This document shows, in pieces, positions 38,301 through 53,300 of a DNA stretch of 64,000 nt. Positions within the stretch are counted from its first letter, which is position 1. Every line of letters starts with the position of its first letter. Made by a program: the position numbers and the translations under genes. The notes under the pieces are model-generated. The model was not told where the DNA came from. It did not search any database and saw only the letters and a program-made list of their open reading frames with translations. This DNA comes from Eledone cirrhosa (Eukaryota), in the NCBI GenBank assembly GCA_964016885.1, contig OZ024740.1:339884001-339948000 (forward strand). Reading direction: 5' to 3'.

Positions 38301-41300
38301 TTCAATAAATGGAGTTCGATAAAATAAGAACCACATTTATATGATCAACTAGAACCCTTGAAGGCAGTGCCCCAGCATGGTCACAGTCCAGTGACTAAAA
38401 CCAGTAAAAGAATTTAAACAAAAAACTGAAATATTCACCAATAAGGATGGGGTTGCTAGACAACAGGCATGCCAAATAATATTGTTGCTAGGCAACAAAC
38501 TTGCTTACCAATGGAGTTACCAAGCAACAGATTCACCAAACAACAGGGTTGCCAGGCAACAAAGTCACCAGTTCTTTTATTTTATTTTATTTTTATTTTA
38601 TTTTATTTTATTTTTATTTTATTTTTATTTTTTATTCATTTACTTTTATCATTTAAATTTTCTTTTTTTTTTTTTCATTCTGTATAATAAAATATCTTTT
38701 CTATTTCTGCCAGAATCTGACACAACTTCCAGACCAACTACTACTGTTTCTACCACTACTACTATTACTTCTACTACTAGTACTACTACATTACCTAGCA
38801 CTAGTAGCAGCACAACTATGGCAACTACAACTGAACCTATTATAACAACTAGGAAGAAAGCAACTAATATCGGTTAGCGTTTGATTTACTTTTGTTTTTC
38901 ACTTTTTGAAAAATGAAATTACCCAAGATTTTCCATATAAAATGGCATTCACCCTTTTAATACCAAACCACCAGAAACTATCTTTGATATTTATTATACA
39001 AAGCTATTTAGTTTCATGTGTTTATATTTATCTAAAAAAAAACCTTCCATCATAATTTTATGGAAGAACCTTTGTTAAACTATACTCCAAAAATCAGTTT
39101 AATAATGAGAATGTTAGTTATTTAACTAAATCACTCCAAATTCTTGATCATTTTCAAAATTATTTGAAAACCACTGACTGTATTTTTTATTAGAAATATG
39201 GTAACAAAAGGGTTAAGACATTATAAACTCAAATTTAAGATGGAATGAGAGAAACACACCAAGAGACAAGACTAGGACTCTTTTCTTTCTTAAATTGGTC
39301 TTTATATTGTCTATACTATATTAGATATTGTTAATATCTGAATTCAAATGCCATTTAAGTTAATTTTTAAGGGTCATTGAAAATAAGTTCCAATCAACGA
39401 TTGGGATTAATTAAAATGACTACTATTATTGCCTCTCTTTCATTTCTCCCTCCAGCACTGCCCCTTCTGTAACTATCCCCTCTGCTATCCTCTTACTTAA
39501 ATCACTCTGTATTTCACATAATACTGTCGGCATTTGCATCCTGTCACTTTTTGCACCGTAACCCAAATCACTCAGTATCACAAATCATACTGTCACCATG
39601 TGTCACTCTCTCACCCAAATCACTTGGTATCACACATCATCCTGTCACTTTTTGCACCCTGTCACCCAAATCACTCAGTATCACACATCATACTGCCTCC
39701 ATTTGTCACCCTCTCACCCAAATCACTTGATGTCACGCATAATACTGTCATCATTTGTCACCCTATCACCCAAATCACTTGGATCACACATAATACTGTC
39801 ACCCTGTCATCCAAATCACTTGGATCATACATCATACTGCCACCACTTGTCACTCTCTCACCTTTGTTCATTGTCCTCCCTTCTATTCCCCTGCTTAGCC
39901 ATATAGCCTTAAATAATCAGAAATAATATACAACAAAGAGAACTCTTTAGACTTGCAGGTTATAAAGGCAACCATACTTGGGCTGGGATCATGATAAAAT
40001 GCACCCAGTAAACTCTGTAAAGTGTTGGAAAATAAATTGAAACAACGTAGAGTCAAAAGGATTCTGTAGCTTTGTTGAGGATATAACATCTCTAGTGCAG
40101 GTGCTACGATAAAATGTACCCAGTACACTCTGTAAATTGGTTGGTGTTAGGAAGGATATCGAGCCATAGAAAATATGCAAGAATGTAACATATGGCCAAG
40201 ACATTGTCTTCCAGCTTATCTAGTGACTCTGAATACGAACAGGTCTGGGCCTTAACAATTCATCCAACAGGCCCAGACCTTAACAATTCATCCAACTCAT
40301 CCCATCATAGAAAGTGGACATACACCAATAATGACGATGACTAACATCTCCAAGAAAAATCATTATCATCATCATCATTATCATCATCATCATTATCATG
40401 ACTATCATCATCATCACTATAATTATCATCACTATAATTATCATCATCATTATTATCATCATCATTATTATTTTCATAAAAATGGTGATGGATTCGCTGA
40501 ATATTTAGAAAATTTGACAAAGTAAATTGTGGGTTTTTTTGCCTCTTTTTATGTTCTGAAGTCAAACTTTGCCAGGGTTGACTTTGCCCTTCATCTTTAT
40601 ACAGTCAACAAAATAAGTACCAGTCAAGTATTTGGGTCAATATAATTGACTCTGTCCTCCCACAAATATGTGGTTTTGTGCTGATGTTAGAAATGATAAT
40701 GATAATATGGATCAATGAAAGAGATCAGATCAGGAAAGAAAATTATAGAAGCGTTAAAATGATCCTGAATACTGAGCTGAACTCCCAGAATAGAATTGAA
40801 GCTATAAACTCTCTGGCTGTGACTGTTGTTCAGTATAGCCTTGATGTCATCAAATGGAATTTGAGTGAACTCCAACATATGGACGTAAAGACTAGGAAAC
40901 TGTTGAAATCAAACAGGATGCACCACCCAAAAGTAGACGTCCGTAGGCTCTATCTCCCACAAAAGGAGGGTGGTAGTGGCCTAATCCAACTTGAAACATC
41001 CTATAAAACGACCACAATAGGGCTCCAAATGTACATCCAAAGTAACACTAACTGTATGAAACAGTTGGTAAAACATGAACTAGGTAAGAAACTGCACCCA
41101 ATCTCAAAGGAAGCATATAAATACTAATGGGAGCTTAACTTTCCTGATCATGATGATAAAGAGGATACACCACCTACTAAGTCAGTAAAAAAAGTGTAAG
41201 ACAAAAACCAAACAGGAAAGCTTGAAGGAAATGTCAAGACAGTAGCAAGAAAAACCATTGCATGGGCAATACCCCAAATGAGCTGGGGAAGCTGATGTAC

Positions 41301-44300
41301 ATGTGAAAAGAACCCATCAGTGGCTGCAGAGCACTGGTTTGAAAGCCAAAACAGAAGGATTTATCCTAGCAGCACAATATCAGAATCTCCTCACCCTAAA
41401 CTATCAAGCTAACAATGTCTTGCACACTGGGGTAGGAACAAAGTGCAGACTCTGCGATGACAAACTTGAGAGCATTGACCACATTGTTGCTGATTGCTCA
41501 GTCCTTGCTCCTAGAGAATATAAAACTAAGCATGATCGAGGTGGCCTATACTTGCACTGGAGCATATGTCATCACTATGATGTCGAGCACCCTAAAAACT
41601 GACATGAAGACCATCCACAGCCAGTCACCAAGGGAGAGAATGTTACTATCCTATGGGATTATGGGATACATACAGACAGGCAAATAAATTCTAACAAGCT
41701 AGACATTGTCACCAAAGACCTAAAACAAAAAAACATACCTGTTAATTGATATGATGGTGCTTACTGATAGAAACATTCCAACAAAAGAATTTTAAAAACT
41801 ATCTAAATACACGGACCTTGAGATTGGGGTATCTAGGATGTGCCCATCAAAAACTAAATCATCCCTGCTGTTGTGGATGCCCTGGAAATGGTCAGAAAAG
41901 GTACTGACAAATTTTTTGACCAGATCCCATGGAAACCAACAAGATGCGAGGTTCAAAAAACTGTTCTGACATCATCTACTCACCCTCTTATTAAGTTTCT
42001 CTCCATCTAATGTATACATGCCTAAGGTCTCTGGCTGGAAGATGAAATAAATTGGAAATCATACAGGGAAAAAAAAATAATAATAATAATAATAATAATT
42101 GTTTCTACTTTAGGCACAAGGCCAGCAATTACCCAGTGCATTACTGGTACTTTATTTTATCGACCCCGTAAGGATGAAAGGCAAAGTCAACCTCGGCGGG
42201 ATTTGAACTCAGATCGTAAAGCACCGTAACTATGCTGGAAAGGAAGGCGTCCGACCCTCTACCGATACTGCCAATCCACCGCCCTTATAATAATAATAAT
42301 AATATGTAACCATACATTCACCAATCCTCGATAAGAGTGTTTCAATGTCGAACCTAAACAGTTCGAATAATGGTGAAGTGGAGACTGGAATGTCATGTGA
42401 CAGACTCTCACCCAGCAGGTGCTCACTGGCTCAGCAGCAGGGACCTGGCTGTCAACCAAATACTGCTGGTGTCGGAGGAAGAAGAAGGAAAGGGACCAGA
42501 ACCAACTGGACGAAAGAATTGAATAGAACTGTTATGCAATGTTACCTGAAGAGTAACCCGAAGGAAAAAGGCTATAGGAAACGGATGCATAACATCTGGA
42601 ATGAGATTGGTCTATTTAAATTAGATGAACAAAAATTGGCCGGGCAGGCTCGGGTAATAAGAACTAATGAGTGGATAAGGGGGCTGGAACTGGAAATGAA
42701 GGTGAAGAGGTTGAGAGAACGGAGGAACCATCCGAAGCAGACAATGATCTGAATGCTGAAATAAATAATACCTGGAACAAAGATACGGCCATTGAGGAGA
42801 TGAATGCTGACGGGCCAGGACAAGATTTGGTTGATATCCTAAACTTAGTGGTAGATGAAATGAACAATGATAGTGGGAAACCTATGAACCTAAGATTTGT
42901 AGACAGGAAAAAGTTAAAAGAAACAACAGCTAAGGTAAATAAAGTCATCCCATACCTTGAGGCGAGGAGCCTTCACCAGTGCAACAATATCCTCAAAGCA
43001 ACAGCAAATGCGGTGAGGAAATTATTTGGCATAAAAGCGAGAGGAAACAACAAACAAGAAAGATCAGAACCTTGGTGGAAGAACCTTGGTCAAATCAGAA
43101 CCTTGGTCAAATCAGGGAAATGAGAAATGACATTGGAAAGCTTGAGTCCCTACTGAATGGGACACTAAAAAACATAGACACTAAAAATAGACTGGAAATA
43201 AAGTACAAAACTAGGAGGAAAAGGCTAAATATTATCATAGAGGAACTGAAGAAACGCATTGTAGCAAAGAGTGCAAAAATTAGGCAGTCAGTATAGACAG
43301 AACCGCATGTTTGACAACAACCAGAAGATGTTGTTTGGACAGCTTGAAGGGAAAGAAAGAGGCAACGACTTGATCCCTGAGGCGGAACAAACTAAAACAT
43401 TCTGGAGAGGAATATGGGAGCAGGATATTAAACATAATGACCAGGCAGTGTGGATTGAGACAGTACAAAAGGAGATTAGTGAACAGGCACACCAACAAAC
43501 TGATTTGAGTATCACAGTTGAAACTCTTAAGGGGCAGGCCAAAAAACTAACTAACTGGAAATCACCAGGCCCAGATGGTGTGCAGGAGTATTGGATTAAA
43601 AATGTAACATCCCTCCACCCGAAACTGACAACCATGTTCAATGACTGCTTGACCATTATACTGCCCCTGATCATTATACTGCGAAAAGTGAGAGCAGGAT
43701 ACAAGTTGGGAAAGGGAGAGCTTACCATCAATCACCTCCTCTTCATGGACGATCTTAAGCTCTTCGGGAAGAGTGAGAAGGAGTTGGATGTGCTTGTTGA
43801 CACTGTTCGTATTTTCGGCAATGATATATGTATGCAATTTGGTATTAGTAAGTGTGGAGTGCTTGTGATGAAGGGGGATAAATTGAGCAGAAGCAACGAA
43901 ATCCAGGTACCAACAGGTGAGATGATAAAGAAAATTGACACTGAAGAAGGATACAAGTATTTGGGTATTCTGGAGGCAGATGACATCAAGAACAAAAAAA
44001 TGAAGGAATTGATAAGATCTGAATACATTCGGAGAGTAAGGAGCGTATTAAAGTCACATCTGAACAGTAGGAATGCCATAAGTGTAGTAAATTCCCGAGC
44101 TGTGTCTATTATTAGATACAGTGCGGGAATTCTGAGATGGAATGTTGCTGAACAAAAAGAAATGGATAGGAAGACTAGGAAGCTATTGACTATCTACAAC
44201 ATGTTCCACAAGAGGAATGATGTCGATAGACTCTACTTAAGGAGATCTGAAGGTGGAAGAGGTCTTATCAGCATAGAGGACTGTGTTCAGATGGAGAAAA

Positions 44301-47300
44301 ACAACCTACACAAATACGTGACCAATAGTAAGGAGCCAATGCTCAGAATTGTACTGAAGGAGAGGACAATAGACCAGGGGATGTCCAAGGAGGAAATAAC
44401 AACGAGGAGAAAGAGCAACCTTCATGAAAAATCCCTTCATAGTACCTTCTTTGAGAAAACGGAATTCGGAGATCCACAGACATGGAACTGGTTGAGACTA
44501 GGAGACCTTAAAAAGGCTACAGAAGGAATGGTAATGGCTGCACAAGAGCAGGCCCTCAAAACGAAGTGGCTGAAACACCATATTTACAAAGAGGAGACTA
44601 GCCCACTGTGCAGGATCTGTGGAGAGAGAGAGGAGACTGTGGCTCACATTGTATCCAAGTGTAAACACCTAGCCCAGACTCACTATAAAGGCTGGAGACA
44701 TGATGTGATGGGCAGGGTGATCCACTGGCACCTATGCAAAGTAAACAATTTACCACATTCTGAGAAGTGGTATGAGCATAAGACAGAGTCGGTGATAGAA
44801 AACGATCAGGTGAAGGTGCTATGGGATTTTAGGATACAGACGGACAAGAAACTGGAACACAATAGACCTGACCTGGTGGTTTTGGACAAGGAAAAAAGAT
44901 TGTGCCTGATTGTGGATGTGGCCTGCCCATTTGACACGAGAGTGCAAGAGAAGGAGAGGGAGAAAATTAACCGATACCAGGACTTAAAGTGGGAGGTAAA
45001 AAGGATTTGGAACTGCTATGAAGTCAAAGTGGTCCCGATTGTCATAGGCGCACTAGGTACTATCTCAAGCAGTTTCCAGGGATGGTTAAAGAAAATTGGC
45101 CCCGCCCCGCTTTTTGGAACACTTCAAAAGGCATGCTTGCTGGGAACAGCAAGAACTCTCCGATACGTCCTGAATATCTGAGGCTGCAGGTAGTGGCTTG
45201 ATATTCATTTCAACAAACTTTCCAGTTAACTAACATCAATGACTGAGACTCAAAGAATAATAATAATAATATCATCATTATTATTATTATTATCATTATT
45301 ATTATTATTATTATTATTATTTTCATCATTATTTGTGGGTAGCAGAATCAGTAAAGCATTGGACAAAATGCTTTTAACTTGTATTTAGTGATATCCCTTT
45401 ATATACTAAGTTTCATTCTAACTGTGGTCAATTTATTTGTCTTGAGAAATACATCAGAAATACATTTTTTTAAAAAAGAATTTGTAAATTAAGTAAATTT
45501 TGGAAAACAGGTATACAAATATTCAAGGTTAACAAGTGTTGTGTGAAAATGCCTTAACCTTTTAGCATTTAAACCAGCCGTATCCAGCCAGAATTCTCTC
45601 ACCTCGTTCTGTTCAAACCAGCTGTAACTGGCTGCTCATACTTATGTTAAGGTATTTTTCTCTAAATAAATAATAATATCAAAATCTTATAGATTTGATA
45701 TTATGTGAGATAATTATGTGAAATAAGAGTAATATAAATGCATTATTCCAGTTGAACTAATTATAAATGGGAAGATTGATATATTCCTTGTCTGATATAA
45801 TCTTTTTTTTTTTTTTTTGTTTAATTCTACAACTAAATCAGTGTAACTTCTCAGATTTTCAGCTTGCTTCTGCACAACTTCATAGTTATTTGGTATTGCT
45901 ATATCTATTGCCATTGTTGTCGTGTAAACTGATGCAAGGCTTATAATGTGCTATCTGGTGGTGTGTCTGTATGCTAAAATTTCCAAAGTGTCTGTGCAGT
46001 GTCATTTTCTAAAACAGGTGGAGGCTCATAACAATGCCACAGTGCTTTTTTTCTCAAAAGAGTTGAAACTGGGTGGCCAAAAGTATGCAGAACAGCTTTG
46101 CTATGTTATTGTCTCCAAGTGTATTTGGTAAAAGCTAATATTGTATATCCTGGTATAATGTGGTGTAATGTTTCTTTCAAAAATGCACTACACAGGCAAA
46201 ACATTGTATATATTGAAAGAATTGTATATATTTTTTTTTATATTATTATTGGTTAAAATCATTAGAGCATTGGACAAAAATCTTTGCGGTATTTGTTCTG
46301 GCTCTTTACTTTCAGAATACAAATAATGCCTTTCATCTTTCTGGAGTCAATATAATAAAATACCAGTCAAATACTGGGATTGATTTAATCAACTTCCCCT
46401 TCTCCCTAAATTGCTGGCCTAGTATCTAAATTAGTAACCATGGTGGATTGACAGAATTGTTTGAGTGCTGAACAAAATATTTTGCAATATTTTGTTCTAG
46501 TTCTTTACATTCTCATCTCCCAAGGTCAACTTTACCTTTCAGCCTTCAGGAGACGATAAAATAAAGTATTGATCAAGAATAGCTGGAGAATTGGCAGAAT
46601 CATTAGAAAGTCGGATAGAAGCTTTATGGTATTCGTCTCTGAGTTCGAATCACGCCGAGGTCAACTTTGCTTTTCATCCTTTCAAGGTTGATAATAAAAA
46701 GTACCAATCTAGTACTGGGGTCGATTCTTCCTCTCTCTGTATTCAGACCTGGAGAGAAATGGGCTCCACCAGGCTTAAAATGCCCAAGAAACGTATGTTA
46801 CTACAACACCCCTACGACTCAATCAGGAGTTACAGGGCCATACATACATACCAGTCAAGTACTGAAGTCAACTTTCCACCTCCCAAAATTACAGGCCTTG
46901 TGCCTCAATTAGAAACCATTATTATTATTATCTTCATCAATCTTGATTTAAAGAATGATATTAGTACTGTTGTTGTTATCATTATTATTATCCAACTTTG
47001 CCTTTCATCCTTCTAGGGTTGATAAAATAAAATTAAAAAAACAATTAGGTACTGGGGTCAATACAAGTGACTTTCTTTTCCTCAAATTTCTGGTTTGTGT
47101 CTGTGTTAGAAATTATTATTGTTATTATTAACATTATCATTATTATTTGAAAGTTCTTTTGAATTCTGCTTCCCAGATGATGCCAAGTGGCAACCTGACA
47201 CCTGAGGCAAAATTTGATAATACACACATGATACAATCAATTTTCATACAGATGATGGCAAAAATGACAGTAAATGTCTTTGAAAGGTTTTTAAATCGTT

Positions 47301-50300
47301 AATGCTCTTCTCAGGGCATGGACAGTGCAGAAACAATTATTTGGATTGGAAGTATCAGTAGAGGGTTGGACGCCATGCTTCGACGCATAGAGTTACGGCC
47401 CTTGCCATTCTGAGTTCAAATCCCACCGAGATTAACTTTGCCTTTCATCCTTACGGGGTCAATAAAATAAAGTACCAGTAATACACTGGGATAATTGATG
47501 GCCTTGTGCCAAAAGTAGAAACAATTATTATTATTATTAAAGGCACTGGATTGGCAGAATCGGTAGAGCGTCGGACAACATGCTTTGTGGTATAGAGTTA
47601 CGTCCCTTTACGTTCTGAGTTCAAATCCCGCCAAGGTTAGCTTTGCCTTTCATCCTTACGGGGTTGATAAATAAAGCACCAGTAAAGCACTGGGGTCGAT
47701 TTAATTGATTTTCCCTTCCCAAAAAATTGCTGGCTTTGTGCCTAAAATAGAAACAATTATTATTGTTATTATCATCATCATCTTTATCATTGTTTGAAAA
47801 ACACTATTGCTGTTACTGTCATTATCAATATTAATATTACTATAATATTTGCCATTCAAATTGAGACTTTGTCAGTTCAAAGTAAGATTAAAGATTTCAA
47901 AATGAGACCCTTTGGCTTAAAAGTAAGAATAGCAATTTCAAAATGAGATAAAACACAAAAAGATTTATTTAATAGAAAATCCAACATCAAAGCATCATAA
48001 TATTATTTATAATGCCAACATTGTGAACTTGCTTTGTTAATTATATGTTTTCCTCAGTCAAGCAGCAGGGCAAAACACTCATCTATCTTTTGTAAAGTGA
48101 TTGATGGATTTTAATTTATTACTTTATACAAACAAATAGAAACACATCTCACCAACAACACTTACATTTCATCTACCACCTTTGAATAATGCGTCTTCTT
48201 TTCCCATCTTTATATAGTCTAAAAATATTATTTTCTTTGCAATCTTGAAATTAATGCCCTTGGGTATTGTAAGGTCATTGTAGTTTGATTAGATATCATA
48301 CCAGTCCATGTTGAACACTGGCATCTTATTTCTTCCATATCCCTTTAATACTGTTCATCTAGGTCAGCATCTTTCAATCTTTTTACCCTTGTGGAATCCT
48401 TGAAATAGTTTTTATGTCTCAGGAATACTCTGTATAAAAATTATTATATAACATTTTTAATATCTATCACTTTTAAATGTTGAAGCTTTTATTATAATAA
48501 CAAAGGATTTTCCAGCAATATGCTGTACGGGTATAGTAAAATTATGAATATAGAATTAAACAAAACTCATTCAAAAAGACATTAGCTTATTTATCACTTT
48601 TGCTTGCGAAACCCCTAGCGACCTCTTGTGGAACCTTAGAGCTCCGAGAAACACCAGTTGAGAAACACTGGTCTATGTATTACAAAAAGAAAAACAAATC
48701 ACTTTATAGAGTAAGCAGTCTAACCCTTAAACAATTAGATGCTACACTGTACTTAAAAAGATGTTTGCAATAATTTTAGAAGAGGTACAGTCAGATTTTA
48801 TCTGTAGAAATTTCCATTTTAAACAAGCCATAAAAGGAAATAATTATGTTCATTGCTGCTTGACTTATTGTAGTTTTGTTTTGATTTACTACCATAGCAT
48901 GGTATTCTCTGGCTGATAAAGTCTTCCCTACTACATTTTTCTATTATGAGAAAATACATTATCCTTAGTTACTTGAATTAAGTTTAAATTTTAAGTGAAA
49001 GGTGCTCACTTAGAAATTGCTATTCTCACTTTGATCTGACATGTGCTCACTTAGAATTACAAATAGTGCTACTACTATTAATCATATCTAGAAATAATGT
49101 TACAAATATGGCTATATTAAGTAGCATTAAGTGTTCTAACACATATTTCTGAATTTAATCTGTCATCCTTGATTCTAGCAAGAGGAATGATTCAGTTATC
49201 TATAGCATACCTTCTACCTACTCAAATATTAAAGATTTCTAATTTAGGCACAAGGCCAGCAAATGTGGGAGAAGGACAAAGTTGGTTAAATCAATCCTAG
49301 TTCATAGCTGGTACTCTATTTTATCAACCCCGGAAGGATGGAAGGCAAATTTCACTTCTGCAGGATTTGAACTGGCAAAATAAAGAGCCAGAACAAATAC
49401 TGCTAAGCAACAGTTCGATGCTCTAATGATTCTGAAAATCCACTACCGTACCTACCCAAATAATAATAATGGTTTCTGATTTAGGCACAAGGCCAGCAAT
49501 TATGGTGTTAGGGAAAGTCGATTAAATTGACCCCAGTGCATTACTGGTGTTTTATTTTATCAACCCCATAAAGATGAAAGGCAAAGCTAACCTCGGTGGG
49601 ATTTGTACTCAGATCATAAAGGGGCGTAACTCTATGCTGCAAAGCATGGTGTCCGACGCTCTACCAATTCTGCCAATCCACCGCCTTATGATAGTTACTC
49701 AGAGTCAGTAAAGCATCAGACAAAATGCTTTGTAGTCTTTCATTATACCTCTTGATGATCTCAGTTCAAATCCTACTCAGGTCAACTTTGATTTCGAAGC
49801 TTCTGAACACAAGAAAATCTTTGTCCTGCTAACCCTTTTGATACTAACTCACCCAAAACCAGTTCTGGTCCACTGAAATAAAACCACCCATTACCATGGG
49901 TCTCTATTTATATTCAAACCCTCCAACGTGATTTTATATAAGAACCTTTTGTTAAATTATTTTACAAATAACATCTTAATGAAATAATTTAATTGAATTC
50001 TTGTAAATTATTTATTAATTAATTAAAATACAGTGTATTTCATTAGAAATATGATAATAAAAGGGTTCAGTCTCGAAGTTATTCATGTTGTGGTGAATAA
50101 GGATGAGATTTTATTGAACTATAAACAGCTTACCAGGTTTCAAATTCAATTGGGAATAACTTCACGTATGTTTATAAAGCTGCTGGGAAAGGTATATATT
50201 TCACATCTCATTACTGTCTGCTATAAAGAATCAGGCCATTTTGTTTAAAAGTCACACCATGGATGATTTCATTTCATGGATGTTATTTTCACAATGTAAC

Positions 50301-53300
50301 GTAAGTTCAATTTTCTTTCATATCGTTATATAATGTGTGACTGTGGAGAGGTATGTTTTTTTGTGTATATGTATGTGTGTATGTATCATCATAATCGTCA
50401 TCATCATCATTATCACCATCACCATTATCATCATCTTTGTCACCATTATCATCATCATCGCCATCATCATCATCATCATTATCATCAAGATCCTCATCAT
50501 TATCATCATTGTCGTCACCATTATCATCATCATTATCACCATCATCATCATCATCCTCTTTTTATATCTGTTTTGCCATACTTGCATGCATTTGATAAGA
50601 CTTCTCCTATCACTTGTTGCAGTCCCTTCTCATCTCTGTTGGGTAGCTCACCATTATGACTTCAGACTTCATCACTTTTTCCTGCATCTTTTTTTAATTT
50701 TCTCCTTCCACAGATTCCTTCTACTTGAGATTGCCTGACACTGCATGATCCTACTCTCATCCTTCATACACACCACAGCTCACTCTTTTCTCTTGCACAC
50801 TACATGTCACTAATCTTACATCCATATTTTCTTTTGGCTGATTTATATTTTGTCATTCATACACACAAACATTACACAATTTTCAGAGTATGTTTACCTA
50901 ATTTATTTCCAGCTTTTACACATTCTTTTGGTTATTCAATATCTATGGGTATTTCACTATCGTGCAATATTACATTTTGCACACACCTCATACAATTTAC
51001 CTTTCATCCAAAAAGAGAAAAACTTATTGTTGCTAATAGGCAGTACCGGATTTACCATTGTGCTTAGTGTGCTTAAACACAGGGCCCTGTTAGCCAGGGA
51101 GGCCAATCTTCCTGCCAAAAAGATTTGTTACCTCCTTCAGGGTCCAAGTAAGGGGCCTCATAACTTAACTAGCACAGGGCCTCATTTGTCCTAAATCCAG
51201 CACTGCTAATATGTATATTAGCTCCTTCAATTTTTCCCATCCCATCCATGATTTCAGAATAGTACCACCAACACTGCTAATAAGTCACCTAGATAAGAAA
51301 AGCTATTAACTACTTTTAGTGAGCCTTCTGGACATTTGAAAGAATTCATTTCATGAGTGCTCTAACTGCTAACTACTCTTATACATCTTCTACATATAAA
51401 GTCTGTCTCGATCAGCCAGCCTATGATCCCACTATAACTCCTCATGGCTTAATTATTCTATCACTTAGTCTGATTACCTTATTTGCCTTATCTATCCATT
51501 TTTCTGCCAACAATATGACTTTTCCATGCCAAAAGATTTGTACCTGTGTTCCTTGCATGTAAGATGTCTGGCTGAATCTCTCTTCCATCTCACCTCTGTA
51601 CATGGCACACATTTTCTTCACTTCCACTCTAATATCTCACCAATCTCTCAAGACTTACATTTTATCCTACCATCTGAAAGGGAAGGAAAGAGTTTTACTT
51701 GTGGCGCTAGTGGGGTTGTTTATAATCAAGAGATACTCTGATTATGATGAAGTGGGTGTTTGTAAAATCTATGAATGTGTATGTATGTATTTATCTGAGT
51801 GTGTATGTATGTATGCATGTATGCATGCATGAAACTATTATACAATACTTGTTATATATTTTACAGGAATGCCCAAATTTGGAAACTGCCCTGAAGGGGA
51901 CACTATAACAGTAGCTCTTCCTAACCAAGAGAACAGTGTCTATGTAGCAGTCACTTGGTCAGCAACTGACCACTTGGACAAACGCCTTGTACTAGAGTCA
52001 AATATTCCATATAACAAAGATGGACTTCACTTAAAATGGCTGGGAAAATCTGAAAAACAGAAAGTTATCTTTACAGCTGTCGACCGTTGGAATCAAAAAG
52101 CTGTTTGTGAATTTTATGTCATTGTTGAAGGTAAGATCAGATCCTGTGTTGCTATATTGGTGTTTAACCCCAGCTCAACCTTCACCAAGCAGACTTATAA
52201 TTAAAGACTTTTCAGTTGTGTCCATCCAATATTTTTTTCAACATATTGTAACATTTAAGATAACAATATCCAAATTGTCCTTCATTTTTTTAAAGTCATT
52301 TTCATGAGATTTGACTGCTATTTCTAGCTGGTTGTCTAACCAAGAAGATAACATTTTTTTTAAGAGGCAAAATGTAGAAGAATTAGAAGCAAGAATTTCC
52401 TGATAAATGACAAAAAACTAGCACAATTGTTGCTGTTGTTATTATGACTGTTGTTTTTTTGTTATAAGCCATCAACACCAGCGACAGAGGGACTTTGTTA
52501 TATAGACCCAGTTTGCCTTGTTCAATCAGACCATCAAATCACTCAGTTGTTGTTATGTAGCCCCAGTTTGTTTTGCTCAGTCAGACCTATAATTCTCTCA
52601 GTGTTTGAAAATCGCTACACAGATCCACTAAAACTCCACCAGGAATGTGAGTTTTAATACTTTTGTAAAGATTTCCAACATTCATAGGTGTAGATATGGC
52701 CATGTGGTTAAGGGGTTTTCTTTGCAACCATGTGAGTTTTAATTCATACCCACTGTGTGACATCTTGAGCAAGTGGTTGCTACTGTAGCCTTGGGTTAAC
52801 CAGTGATTTGTGAATTAAATTTTGACCAATGGAAACTGCAAAGCTCATTGTATATATATGTGTATGAGTGTGCACATTTGTATATTTTTGTTTACATTTG
52901 TCTTTGTGTCAGTGTTTAAGTCCCATAACGTAGTGGCTTAACAAAAAGAGATCAATAAAATAAGTGCCAGACTTGAAATACTAAGTAATGAGCTTGATAT
53001 GATTGATTAACTCCCTTTAAGGTTATGCTGCAGCATGGCTGCAGTCTAATAACTGAAACCAATAAAAATAAAATGAAAAATAAAAAAGAATATATATTGT
53101 TCACTTTGCTGGTTTGAGAGCTGATGAGTATGTTTTATGTTTAATTACACAGTCATTTCTGTGTACCAACACACTTCTTGTTCTCCTCCTCTTTCAATCT
53201 TTTCTATATTTCATCTACCTGTCACCCACCTTGTGGATTGTCTCTTTGTTAACCGCTGGTGTCTGTCCTCTGAGGCATTTTTGCCCAATGCTGTCTTTGT

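Noticed and set aside
39500-39862. Regularly spaced repeats resembling a CRISPR array (also 61585-62085)
   Set aside because: Whole units are degenerate copies with no unique spacers and no cas genes; these are minisatellites
50318-50738. His-rich and Ile/Met-rich ORFs (also 40280-40565)
   Set aside because: Translations of (CAT)n microsatellites
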